Made by a program: the position numbers and the translations under genes
Part shown: piece after piece, positions 28,409 to 37,368 of the stretch
How the letters are laid out: each line of letters starts with the position of its first letter
Position numbering within the stretch: the first letter of the stretch is position 1
NCBI GenBank assembly: GCA_965208125.1
Contig: OZ242320.1
Coordinates: 2,976,001 to 3,040,000, forward strand
Length of the DNA stretch: 64,000 nucleotides
Source: Candidatus Latescibacterota bacterium
GTDB lineage: Bacteria > Latescibacterota > UBA2968
Reading direction: 5' to 3'
The notes under the pieces: generated by a model
Seen by the model: only the letters and a program-made list of their open reading frames with translations
The model's database searches: none
Told to the model about the DNA's origin: nothing

Positions 28409-29182
28409 ATGAAATTTAGACCGTGTATTGATTTGAAAGATGGCCGGGTTGTACAAATCGTGGGGGGCACGTTGCGCGATGGGAATACCCAGCGCGCGGT
28501 GACGAATTTTGAGACCGAGCGTTCTCCTGCGGATTATGCCCGGCTGTATCGCGAGGACGGATTTTTAGGAGGCCATGTGATTGCGCTTGGGCCGGGCAAT
28601 GATGCGGCGGCGTTGGAGGCTTTGACGGCATTTCCCGGGGGTCTGCACATGGGTGGGGGTATCACGCCGCGCAATGCGGAAAAATTTTTGCGTGCGGGTG
28701 CAAGCCATGTGATTGTGACGTCTTATGTTTTTCGCGATGGGCAAATTGATATGACGCGATTGGATGAGATGATACGGGCTGTGGGTAGAGAGCATTTGGT
28801 TCTGGATTTGAGTTGTCGAAAGCGCGGTGATGATTATGTTGTTGTAACGGATCGCTGGCAAAGATTTACGGATGTGACTGTCGGCGAGGAGATATTGAGT
28901 ATGTTGGCCGGTTATTGTGCTGAGTTTTTGGTGCATGGGGTTGATGTAGAGGGCAAACGTGCAGGTATAGAAGAACCTCTGGTGAAAATGCTGGGCAGAT
29001 GGTCACCCGTGCCGGTAACTTATGCAGGTGGCGTGCGCGAGCTATCGGATTTGCACCGCGTCAATGTGCTGGGCCAGGGGCGGGTAGATCTGACTATTGG
29101 CAGTGCGCTGGATATTTTTGGGGGCGATGTGGCATATCGAGATGTTGTGGCATGGATGAGAAGTTTGAAGGAAGAAGTGTGA
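28409..29182 (+). CDS. hisA: ProFAR isomerase, His6 (eukaryote-like) type
   Basis: FRPCIDL..VVQIVGGTL, LVLDLSCR, EFLVHGVDVEG, DLTIGSALDIFGG. Confidence 0.93.
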   Translation: MKFRPCIDLKDGRVVQIVGGTLRDGNTQRAVTNFETERSPADYARLYREDGFLGGHVIALGPGNDAAALEALTAFPGGLHMGGGITPRNAEKFLRAGASHVIVTSYVFRDGQIDMTRLDEMIRAVGREHLVLDLSCRKRGDDYVVVTDRWQRFTDVTVGEEILSMLAGYCAEFLVHGVDVEGKRAGIEEPLVKMLGRWSPVPVTYAGGVRELSDLHRVNVLGQGRVDLTIGSALDIFGGDVAYRDVVAWMRSLKEEV

Positions 29183-29270
29183 AGTGTGATCCGCAGAAAA
29201 AAACGCGAATGAGCGGTGTACAACTGGCCGCCTATCAGGCCAGTTCATTTGAGCGTTTTTCGCAGATGAT

Positions 29271-29296
29271 GTAGGGGCAATCCCTCGTGGTTGCCC
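29271..29296 (+). repeat. GTAG-type REP-like palindrome
   Basis: GTAG-GGGCAA-TCCCTCGTGG-TTGCCC; single copy in the window. Confidence 0.55.
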
Positions 29297-29328
29297 GCTT
29301 TTGTAAGATACAAGAAGGAAGAAGAGAG

Positions 29329-30324
29329 ATGGATCGGTTTAAGGACATTGGAGAGTTCGGTTTTATTGATCGCATTGCCGCGCACGCACAGCGCAATCGG
29401 GTTCTGTGTGGGATTGGGGATGATTGCGCTGTTATGGCAGCCGGGCAGGCGCGCGTGCGATTGGTGACGGTTGATGCAATGGTTGAGGGCGTGCACTTTG
29501 TGCCACAGGCATCGCCAGAAGGCGTGGGGTACAAATTACTGGCCGCGAGTTTGTCCGATGTGGCCGCTATGGGCGGGAAACCGACTGATGCTGTTGTGGC
29601 GGTTAGCGCGTCAGGTGATTGTGATGCGGGTTATGTGGAGCGGATTTACAACGGGCTTTTTGCCTATGCAGATCGGTTTGGTGTGGCTGTTGTAGGTGGT
29701 GATACAACGCGCACGTCTGGTGCGCTGGTTTTGAGTTTGACGCTTACGGGTGAGATGGCGCGAGATCAGGTGTGTTATCGGTCTGGGGCACAAGTGGGTG
29801 ATGCGGTCTATGTATCGGGGACGTTGGGCGATGCTGTGGGTGGTTTGGGAGTGGTATTGGGTGACGTGGATCTGTCGGACGAGGTGCGAACCGCGTTGTT
29901 ACAAAGGCATTATCGACCCGAGCCGCGGTTGGATTTGGGACAGGCATTGGCGGAGACAGGTGCAGTGACAGCGATGATCGATGTGTCGGATGGGTTGGCT
30001 TCGGATTTGAGCCATATTTGCCGGCAAAGTGGTGTGTCGGCTGTGATTCGAGCAGCGGCGATTCCCTTGTCGCGGGCGTTTATAAAATTTTGTGAAGTGA
30101 GCGGTGAAGAAAAATTGAATCTCGCACTCACTGGAGGAGAGGATTTTGAGTTGCTATTTTCTGTGTCACACACACAGGTCGATAAGGTCGAAGCATTGGT
30201 AGAGAAGTATTCGATTTGTCGCATTGGCGAGATTGTGACTGGCGATGGCCGTGTGATGATAGAAGATGGAGATGGAAAGCGCGTACTACTGGAACAGTTG
30301 GGTTATGATCATTTTGGGAGCTAA
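29329..30324 (+). CDS. thiL: Thiamine-phosphate kinase
   Basis: GIGDDCAV, LSDVAAMGG, MIDVSDGL, ALTGGEDFELLF, GYDHF. Confidence 0.95.
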   Translation: MDRFKDIGEFGFIDRIAAHAQRNRVLCGIGDDCAVMAAGQARVRLVTVDAMVEGVHFVPQASPEGVGYKLLAASLSDVAAMGGKPTDAVVAVSASGDCDAGYVERIYNGLFAYADRFGVAVVGGDTTRTSGALVLSLTLTGEMARDQVCYRSGAQVGDAVYVSGTLGDAVGGLGVVLGDVDLSDEVRTALLQRHYRPEPRLDLGQALAETGAVTAMIDVSDGLASDLSHICRQSGVSAVIRAAAIPLSRAFIKFCEVSGEEKLNLALTGGEDFELLFSVSHTQVDKVEALVEKYSICRIGEIVTGDGRVMIEDGDGKRVLLEQLGYDHFGS

Positions 30325-30662
30325 CTGTTGACCACGCGTTGCCGCTGACGTTTTTTTTCTGAGCGCTGGCGTTTTTTGTCGAGGCGTTTTTCAATTGAAG
30401 ATCGGTTGGGGCGGGTTTTGATGCGCGGTTTGCGCTTTTTGTCGCGCTCGTTCAGGCGATTTTGCAAACGCTCGAGGGCGAGCTGTTTGTTGCGGTATTG
30501 TGAGCGGTGTTCTGTGGCGATGACTGTTATACCCGTGGGTATGTGGATTGCGCGCACGGCGGTTTCAACTTTGTTGCGGTGTTGACCGCCGGGTCCAGAC
30601 CCGCGCATGGTTTGAAATCGAACATCCTTCAGGAGCGCGTTGTTGTCGGTGTTTTTAGACAT
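30321..30662 (-). CDS. Short GGQ release-factor-like protein (ArfB-like ribosome rescue factor)
   Basis: GSGPGGQHRNK, RSQYRNKQLAL and a basic C-terminal tail. Confidence 0.88.
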   Translation of the reverse strand: MSKNTDNNALLKDVRFQTMRGSGPGGQHRNKVETAVRAIHIPTGITVIATEHRSQYRNKQLALERLQNRLNERDKKRKPRIKTRPNRSSIEKRLDKKRQRSEKKRQRQRVVNS

Positions 30663-30671
30663 TTTGAATTA

Positions 30672-30736
30672 TAAAAAAATAGCGGTCAGTTTTTAACGAT
30701 CACCCCACGAGACGTGATGGCACAAAACTGACCGCT
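30672..30736 (-). terminator. Long hairpin terminator after the S1-domain gene
   Basis: AGCGGTCAGTTTT / AAAACTGACCGCT 13-bp arms, then a T-run on the minus strand. Confidence 0.65.
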
Positions 30737-30749
30737 GAATTTTAATAGC

Positions 30750-32027
30750 TCAGGCCAGTCCTGCACGACGAAGGGCGTCGGCCATGGCATTGTCGCTTTG
30801 AGACTCTTGCGTTTGCTTGGATTTGAATGCGGCCATGTCCTCAATTTCGGCAGTTTGCCTATCTTGTTCTTCGATGGCGCGCATCGAAAGTGAGATGCGT
30901 TTTTTATCCGAATCGATTTCGCGGATCAGGGCTTTGACTTCTTGACCGGCTGAAACGACCTCGCTGGGGTTTGAGATGCGTTTTCCCGAAACGAACTGCG
31001 AGATGTGGATCAGTCCCTCAATACCGGGTTCAATTTCGACAAAGGCACCGAAATTCTGGATTGAAACAACTTTGCCGGTGATGATGCTGCCCGATTGGTA
31101 GCGCTCTGCTACCGTATCCCAGGGATCTTTTTCCAGTGCTTTGATGGAGAGCGATATGCGCTCATTTTTTTTCCCCAGATTCTTGAGGCCGATTATTTTG
31201 ACACGCACTTCTTCGCCTTTTTTTAAGACACTGCGCGGATTTTCTACGCGGGTGTGGCTGATTTCCGAGACGTGTACCAGACCTTCAACGCCTCCGAGGT
31301 CAACAAAAGAGCCGAAGCGTTCTATGCGTGTAATGGTTCCCGTTCTTTCTTCACCTTCTGAGAGTTGCTGGCGCATCTCGTCGGCTTTTTTGCGGTTTTC
31401 TTCTTCCAGATAAGCGCGGCGTGACACGACGACATTGTTGCGTCCTCGCAGTTCAACTATTTTGAAGTTGTGGGTTTGGCCCGCATACGAAGCCGGGTCG
31501 TCGCAATATCCCGTGTCGATTTGCGACATGGGGCAGAATGCGCGAAGTCCGCCGATATTCACCACGAGGCCTCCGGTGTTGAAGCCGGTGACTTTGCCGG
31601 CGATGGGCATGTCGTTTTGATGTGCTTGACGCAGGAGTTGACGGCTGGAAACGCGCAACGAAAATGCCAGGCGTATTTCGCCATCGGTGCTGGCGACGAA
31701 GGCTTCGATGGTATCGCCAGTTTTGTATTTCAATTCGCCCGATTCGTCGCGCAGTTCTTGAATGTCTATTGATGCTTCACTGCGTCCGCCAAAGTCGATA
31801 AATGCTGTGGAGTCACCGATTTCGCGGACGGTTCCGGTGACTTTATCACCAGTAGCGACCTCGCGATAATTCTGCTTATCGCTTTCTTCGAGCAGTGTAG
31901 CAAATTCGGTATCAGGTGTGTCTTCAGCGTATTTTTTGTCGAGTTCTTCGACAGTGGGCGCGTCGTCTGAAGGGGCTTGAGATGGTGTATCGGCAGTGGT
32001 TTCGCGTGTTGTTTCGGGGGTGCTCAT
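30750..32027 (-). CDS. Ribosomal protein S1-like protein (four S1 domains)
   Basis: RAFCPMSQID, FGSFVDLGGVEGLVHVSEIS, FGAFVEIEPGIEGLIHISQ. Confidence 0.9.
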   Translation of the reverse strand: MSTPETTRETTADTPSQAPSDDAPTVEELDKKYAEDTPDTEFATLLEESDKQNYREVATGDKVTGTVREIGDSTAFIDFGGRSEASIDIQELRDESGELKYKTGDTIEAFVASTDGEIRLAFSLRVSSRQLLRQAHQNDMPIAGKVTGFNTGGLVVNIGGLRAFCPMSQIDTGYCDDPASYAGQTHNFKIVELRGRNNVVVSRRAYLEEENRKKADEMRQQLSEGEERTGTITRIERFGSFVDLGGVEGLVHVSEISHTRVENPRSVLKKGEEVRVKIIGLKNLGKKNERISLSIKALEKDPWDTVAERYQSGSIITGKVVSIQNFGAFVEIEPGIEGLIHISQFVSGKRISNPSEVVSAGQEVKALIREIDSDKKRISLSMRAIEEQDRQTAEIEDMAAFKSKQTQESQSDNAMADALRRAGLA

Positions 32028-32225
32028 AGTTTATAACCTGTGGAATCGTTTTTGAGGGACGGGGGTTGTTAGACAGAACAAATAATCTATAAAGGATAGA
32101 GAAAATAAGCAACCAAATTTTCCTCCGCAGGCGGGCGTTTAAATTCATCCCGATCTTGTGCCTGCCAAAAAAAAGTAACAGTTTGATCTGTGTGATGTGT
32201 TAAAAAATAAAGCGATGGGTTGTTT

Positions 32226-32693
32226 ATGAATGTCGAATTGTTATATCAAAAATACGGTCCTATGGTGTTGCGACGCTGTCGGCGATTGTTGCGTGATGAA
32301 GATCGCGCCATGGATGCCATGCAAGATGTTTTTGTGCGGGTATTGCAACACCGGGATCGTCTGAAGGCGACCTATCCGTCGAGTTTGTTGTATCGCATTG
32401 CGACCAATGTGTGTTTAAATCGCATTCGAGGTCAGCGGCTCGACCTGCCGGGCGATGAGGTGTTGATGCAGATTGCGGGGATGGAAGATCTGGAATCGCG
32501 GTTGGATGCCCGGGCGATGCTGGACCGGCTTTTTGCCCGGCACAGAGATTCGACGCGAACAATTGCGGTTTTGCATTTTGTGGATGGTTTCACATTGGCG
32601 GAAGTCGCTCAAGAGGTGGGGATGTCGGTTTCTGGGGTGCGAAAGCGGTTGCGGGGGTTGCGGGAATCGCTGAAGAATCTGGAGGAGCTATGA
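32226..32693 (+). CDS. ECF sigma factor
   Basis: YGPMVLRRCRRLL..AMDAMQDVF, LYRIATNVCLN, TLAEVAQEVGMSVSGVRKRL. Confidence 0.92.
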   Translation: MNVELLYQKYGPMVLRRCRRLLRDEDRAMDAMQDVFVRVLQHRDRLKATYPSSLLYRIATNVCLNRIRGQRLDLPGDEVLMQIAGMEDLESRLDARAMLDRLFARHRDSTRTIAVLHFVDGFTLAEVAQEVGMSVSGVRKRLRGLRESLKNLEEL

Positions 32694-33454
32694 CTATGGA
32701 ATGCGGTATTCCCGATTGGAAATTGGAGCGTTTTCGGCTGAATGAATTGCCGGAAGAAGGGATGAGAGCTATTCAAAGGGCGCTGGATGAGGACCCGAAT
32801 TTGAGCGCACACTTGGAGGCACTGGAAGGGTCAGATCGAGAAATTTTCGAGTCCTATCCGACCGAGTGGGTGGCGCGGCAGGTTGCGCGTCGATCGGAGA
32901 GGCGAGGGGTGCCGAGTATATCGCGGTTCGGTCCGCGTTTGGCATTGGCGGCCGTGATGGTGCTCGCCGTTGTTTTTGCAATCTATTTGCCGGGGCCTGA
33001 AGCGCCACCAACCTGGGATCGGAAAGGGATGGATGGCATTCGGTTAAAAGGCGTAAAGCCAGATTTGTTGCTGTACCGAAAAAGAGCGTCTGGGGTTGAA
33101 CAATTGGCGGATAGCAGTGTGGCTTATGCAGGCGATTTGATTCAGATTTTTTATCGCGCGGCAGGCAAACCTTTTGGGGTGGTTGTGTCTGTGGATGGGC
33201 GCGGTACTGTGACGCGGCATTTGCCCGCATCGGGAACAAGAGCCGTGCGCTTGATACAGGGCGATCCCGTGCCGCTGGATTATTCTTATGAATTGGATGA
33301 TGCCCCAAAGTGGGAGCGGTTTTATTTTTTAACAGCAGATACGTCTTTTGATGTGCGCGATGTGACACAAGCGGCGAAGGATGGTCCCGATTCATTGCGG
33401 GTGGGAAGAGAGTTTGAGCAGTTTGCCATTACGCTTTACAAGGGAGTCGAGTGA
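32690..33454 (+). CDS. Anti-sigma-like single-TM protein with DUF4384-like periplasmic domain
   Basis: Short cytoplasmic helix (WKLERFRLNELP), TM, then IRLKG..GDLIQIFY..VVVSVDGRG..SYELDDAP; ATGA-coupled to the sigma gene. Confidence 0.72.
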   Translation: MTMECGIPDWKLERFRLNELPEEGMRAIQRALDEDPNLSAHLEALEGSDREIFESYPTEWVARQVARRSERRGVPSISRFGPRLALAAVMVLAVVFAIYLPGPEAPPTWDRKGMDGIRLKGVKPDLLLYRKRASGVEQLADSSVAYAGDLIQIFYRAAGKPFGVVVSVDGRGTVTRHLPASGTRAVRLIQGDPVPLDYSYELDDAPKWERFYFLTADTSFDVRDVTQAAKDGPDSLRVGREFEQFAITLYKGVE

Positions 33455-35250
33455 TGTTGTGCCGATGGATAGTGCTGTTGGGAATCGGTTTGCTGTTATG
33501 TGCCCAGGGAATCGAGGCAACACAAGTTGTGCGGCGGTGGGTACTGGCAGTGGGTGCCAATGCTGGCGGTGCAAAGCGCGAGACTTTGCAATATGCTGTC
33601 TCTGATGCTCAAAATTTTGTGCAGGTTATGGAAACAATGGGCGGTGTTGATGCTGGTGTTTTGTTACCCGATCCGCGCATTGACGATCTTGAGGAAGCTT
33701 TGCACGCATTGCACAATCGGGTCGCATCTGCGGAAGCAGCGAGGAGAGAGGTGATTATCTATTATTCGGGACACGCCGATGAAAATGGCCTTCGGTTGGG
33801 GGAATCGCTTTTTTCTTACGCACGCCTTCGCAATGCGATGGATCGGATGGAAGCCGATGTGCAAATTGCTATTCTGGATGCCTGTGCTTCTGGTGCGATT
33901 ACGCGATTGAAGGGCGGGCGACGGCAAGAAGCGTTTATGGTGGATGCGTCATCGGATATGCGAGGATATGCGTTTTTGACGTCGAGTTCAGAAGATGAAG
34001 CGGCGCAGGAGTCGGATGCGATTGGGGCGTCATTTTTTTCGCATTATCTGGTGTCGGGATTGCGCGGCGCAGCTGATGTGACCGGGGATGGGCGAGTTAC
34101 GTTGAATGAGGCCTATCACTTCGCGTTTCAAAATACATTGGAGGGTACGGAACGCACACAAGGCGGGGCGCAGCATCCGGCTTATGATATCAAGATGACG
34201 GGTACGGGTGATGTGGTGATGACGGATGTGCGACAAACGTCGGCGGGACTGATTTTGGCGGAGGCACTTCAGGGACGATTTTTTATTCGAAATGCCAATC
34301 GACAGTTGATTGCAGAGTTGTTTAAGCCCGCTGGACGGCGCGTTGAGTTGGGGCTGGAACCCGGTACGTATCGCGTTCACATGGCCCGTGAGATCGAATC
34401 GGCTACAACTTCGGTCGAATTGGCGATGGGACAACGCGAGATACTCGACGAAGATCATTTTGAAATTATTGCGCGAGAACGCACCACAATTCGGGGTGGG
34501 ATTAAATATAGCGTAAAACGCTCTCGGGTCGAATTTCGCGGGGGATATTGGAATCCAATCGGAAGATCGACGACAAGTACAGATGGGTTGGCGCGGCAAA
34601 GTGTAGGGAGCGGATTGGTGCAGCAGAGTGCAGAGAATGTGATGGGGTCTGTCGCTTATACCTATCAGCTAAAAGAAAATCTGGCTTTGACGGTTCGATG
34701 GGCTGGGTTGATTGTAGAGGCGAAAAATAATGTGGGTATTCTGGGTATATCCCAGGACGCTGTTATTGTTATGCCTCTGCTTTTTGGTGTACGCTACTAC
34801 TGGCCTTTGGCACCGTCCCCTTTTCGGCCTTATGTTGTCGCAAGCGCGGGATCCTATTTTTTGTCAGATACCTATCAAAAAGTTGGTACAGGACAAAATG
34901 TGCCAAACGTCGATATTGAGGCGGAAGGTGTTAGCGTTAATGTGCAAGAGGACGATGAGGGGCGAACCGTCAACGTTCAGGCTGACCTTGAAAAGCTAAA
35001 TCTCGACTTGACCACATCGGGGATTGTTCAAGAAGCTCGTATTCAAGCCAGTTTGGGAGCTTATATCGGTGGCGGTGTTGATTTTGCCATCGGAAGGTAT
35101 TTGATGCTCGGCGCAAGCGCGGGCTATCATCTGATTGCAAATTTTGCAGAGCCAATAAGAGGTCGTAGAAATTTCAGTGGTCCGGAATTGAGCTTTAGTT
35201 TGAGTTTGTTGTGGGGGAAAGATGTGGGAGCGGTCAAGAGTATTCGCTGA
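33451..35250 (+). CDS. Exported caspase-family (C14) peptidase with C-terminal outer-membrane beta-barrel
   Basis: Signal peptide; YYSGHAD and ILDACASG catalytic dyad; GAADVTGDGRVTLNEAY; barrel strands (FGVRYY, FRPYVVASAG, GGGVDF, GASAGYH). Confidence 0.88.
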   Translation: MMLCRWIVLLGIGLLLCAQGIEATQVVRRWVLAVGANAGGAKRETLQYAVSDAQNFVQVMETMGGVDAGVLLPDPRIDDLEEALHALHNRVASAEAARREVIIYYSGHADENGLRLGESLFSYARLRNAMDRMEADVQIAILDACASGAITRLKGGRRQEAFMVDASSDMRGYAFLTSSSEDEAAQESDAIGASFFSHYLVSGLRGAADVTGDGRVTLNEAYHFAFQNTLEGTERTQGGAQHPAYDIKMTGTGDVVMTDVRQTSAGLILAEALQGRFFIRNANRQLIAELFKPAGRRVELGLEPGTYRVHMAREIESATTSVELAMGQREILDEDHFEIIARERTTIRGGIKYSVKRSRVEFRGGYWNPIGRSTTSTDGLARQSVGSGLVQQSAENVMGSVAYTYQLKENLALTVRWAGLIVEAKNNVGILGISQDAVIVMPLLFGVRYYWPLAPSPFRPYVVASAGSYFLSDTYQKVGTGQNVPNVDIEAEGVSVNVQEDDEGRTVNVQADLEKLNLDLTTSGIVQEARIQASLGAYIGGGVDFAIGRYLMLGASAGYHLIANFAEPIRGRRNFSGPELSFSLSLLWGKDVGAVKSIR

Positions 35251-35362
35251 TGAAGGCGTTGGTCTTGCACCCGATGTTTGGGTTTCGACGCCGGACGCGC
35301 TTTTGGAAAGTGGAACGGATCGCATTTTTGAGACAGCAATTGAGATTCTGCGAGAGAAATGA
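35222..35362 (+). pseudogene. Remnant of an S41-family peptidase gene
   Basis: Manual translation MWERSRVFADEGVGLAPDVWVSTPDALLESGTDRIFETAIEILREK*; EGVGxxPDxxV...D..E.AIE.L resembles an S41 C-terminus. Confidence 0.65.
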
Positions 35363-35488
35363 GCGTATCTTTTCATCTGAAATTCTCCTTCATTCTCGTT
35401 GCATTCGCAGTTAAATGTTATTAAAATTTGTTGAATTTTCAGATCGTCAAAATATTTTACTGCACTGCGACAAGAGGGGAAGGAAAAC

Positions 35489-35908
35489 ATGGCACAAAAA
35501 AATTCTGCTATTGCACCAGAACTCGTCAACCAATTTGTCCAAGATGCCCACGGCGACTTCGACAGTGTAAAAAAGCTGCTTGAGAAAGAACCGGCACTCG
35601 TCAATTCTTCTTGGGATTGGGGAGGTGGCGACTGGGAAACGGGACTGGGCGCAGCAGCACACATGGGTCGCAAGGATATTGCCGAGTTTCTGCTGAACAA
35701 GGGCGCGCGCATCGATTTGTTTGCGGCGGCCATGCTGGGCAAGCTCGAAATCGTACAGGCGGTGGTGAACGACAATCCAGCGGTTGTAAATGAAAAGGGA
35801 CCACACGGGATTGCACTGATGACCCATGCCAAAAAGGGAGGCAAGGAGTCGGCAGAAGTGGTGAAATTTCTGCAGTCTGTTGGCAATTCGGTCAAGAAGA
35901 AGGCGTAA
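35489..35908 (+). CDS. Ankyrin repeat protein
   Basis: WETGLGAAAHMGRKDIAEFLLNKGA, DLFAAAMLG, GPHGIALMTHA. Confidence 0.88.
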   Translation: MAQKNSAIAPELVNQFVQDAHGDFDSVKKLLEKEPALVNSSWDWGGGDWETGLGAAAHMGRKDIAEFLLNKGARIDLFAAAMLGKLEIVQAVVNDNPAVVNEKGPHGIALMTHAKKGGKESAEVVKFLQSVGNSVKKKA

Positions 35909-36240
35909 CAGAGACGCGGGACCACACGGATGGATGTACATCTGTCTAAAGATGATGCTTTTCTTATTCGCCTATTCTTGTTGTGTTATTAGCGAATACC
36001 GGTATAAACGCTAATAAGCATTATTCTTCTTTTCGCATTTGAAAACAAGGAGGGGAGCGGGCCGAGGCGCAGAGATCACTCTACGGGTTTCCGGCACTCG
36101 TCTTTGCGTTTTTATATGGTCTAATTCAGATTTTATGCATAAGTCTTAATAAGTGTGCGGCTTATTAAGTTATGCTTAACAAGGATGCTTCTCTATGAAA
36201 CGCGGCGAGACCGAACACGAAACAGGGATTACGGGGGATT

Positions 36241-37368
36241 TTAATGTGAGGAATCGTTAATCAGACGGCGAACGACTTCGGCGGGGTCTCCAGTTAGGGC
36301 GAGGAGGTCCATTTGTCGTTGTGCCCAGGTGGGTTGGTAAGCCATGTCGAGGACGTGTTTGAGATAGGGTACGCAATTGAGTTGTTCGGCCATGGGGAGC
36401 AGTTTTTCGACGAGTTCCTCGGTTATTTGGGGGACGGATTTGAGGTTGTGAGAAGTGGAATCGACCAGTTGTGCTTCGATGCCGTACCGCGAGGCGTGCC
36501 ATTTGTTTTGGCGGATGAGCATGGGGTGGCTGTCGTGTTGATAGATTCCCCGGTCGATTTCGTCGGACAGGTTGCAAATTAAACACTGAACGAGTGCGAC
36601 CAATCCCAATGTGTCTTCGAGAGTGCCGGGAATGTCGCAAATGCGGACTTCAACGGTGCCAAATGCGTGATGGGGACGCACGTCCCACCAGATTTCGCGG
36701 ATGGATTCGATATAGCCGGTGTCGATGAGGTGGTTGATTAGCCAGACGTATTCGCTCCAGTTGCGCATTAAGGGGGGCAGCCCAGCGGTGGGGAGGCCCT
36801 CCATTACTTTTGATCTCCAGGAGTGTAAGCCCGTGACTCGACCCTCCCAGAATGGGCTGTTGCAAGAAAGCGCCAGCAAGACGGGCAAATAGCGCAGTAT
36901 TCGGTCGCAGATCATTATGGCTTTGTCGCCGCTGTTGACGCCTACGTGTACGTGGAGGCCAAATGTGACCAGTTGCCGGGCGGTGTCCTGGAGGAGGTTG
37001 ACGAGGCCCATGTATCGGTCATTGGGTGTGATTTTTTGTTCGCGCCAGGTGGAAAATGGGTGTGTGCCCGACCAGTAGAGCTGGACATTCTCGGCGGCTG
37101 CTACGCTGGATAGTGTATGGAGTTTGGGCTTGAGGTCGGCTTCTACATGGCTGACACTTTCACATATATCGGTGTTGATTTCAACATAACACTGCATCAA
37201 TTCGGGCTTGATTTTGTCGGCATATTCGCCGGGAATGCGGTTGAGTATCGCGGCATTTTTGCTGCACAAAGCCATGGTGTCGGCATCGACCAGAGCCAGT
37301 TCTATTTCCACGCCGAGGGTGGGTTTTTTGCTGGGATTAAATTCAAGTCGGGTCATGGCAATCTCCAT
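36241..37368 (-). CDS. YbdK family carboxylate-amine ligase (GCS2)
   Basis: TLGVEIEL, FGLHVHVG, SCNSPFW, WWDVRP, GTVEVRICD. Confidence 0.93.
   Translation of the reverse strand: MEIAMTRLEFNPSKKPTLGVEIELALVDADTMALCSKNAAILNRIPGEYADKIKPELMQCYVEINTDICESVSHVEADLKPKLHTLSSVAAAENVQLYWSGTHPFSTWREQKITPNDRYMGLVNLLQDTARQLVTFGLHVHVGVNSGDKAIMICDRILRYLPVLLALSCNSPFWEGRVTGLHSWRSKVMEGLPTAGLPPLMRNWSEYVWLINHLIDTGYIESIREIWWDVRPHHAFGTVEVRICDIPGTLEDTLGLVALVQCLICNLSDEIDRGIYQHDSHPMLIRQNKWHASRYGIEAQLVDSTSHNLKSVPQITEELVEKLLPMAEQLNCVPYLKHVLDMAYQPTWAQRQMDLLALTGDPAEVVRRLINDSSH

Noticed and set aside
28409-29182. Eukaryote-like HisA as evidence of host gene transfer
   Set aside because: The His6-type family is known from many bacteria.
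34996-35925. 309-aa minus-strand ORF
   Set aside because: Antisense shadow of the caspase end, the S41 relic and the ankyrin gene; no recognisable motifs.
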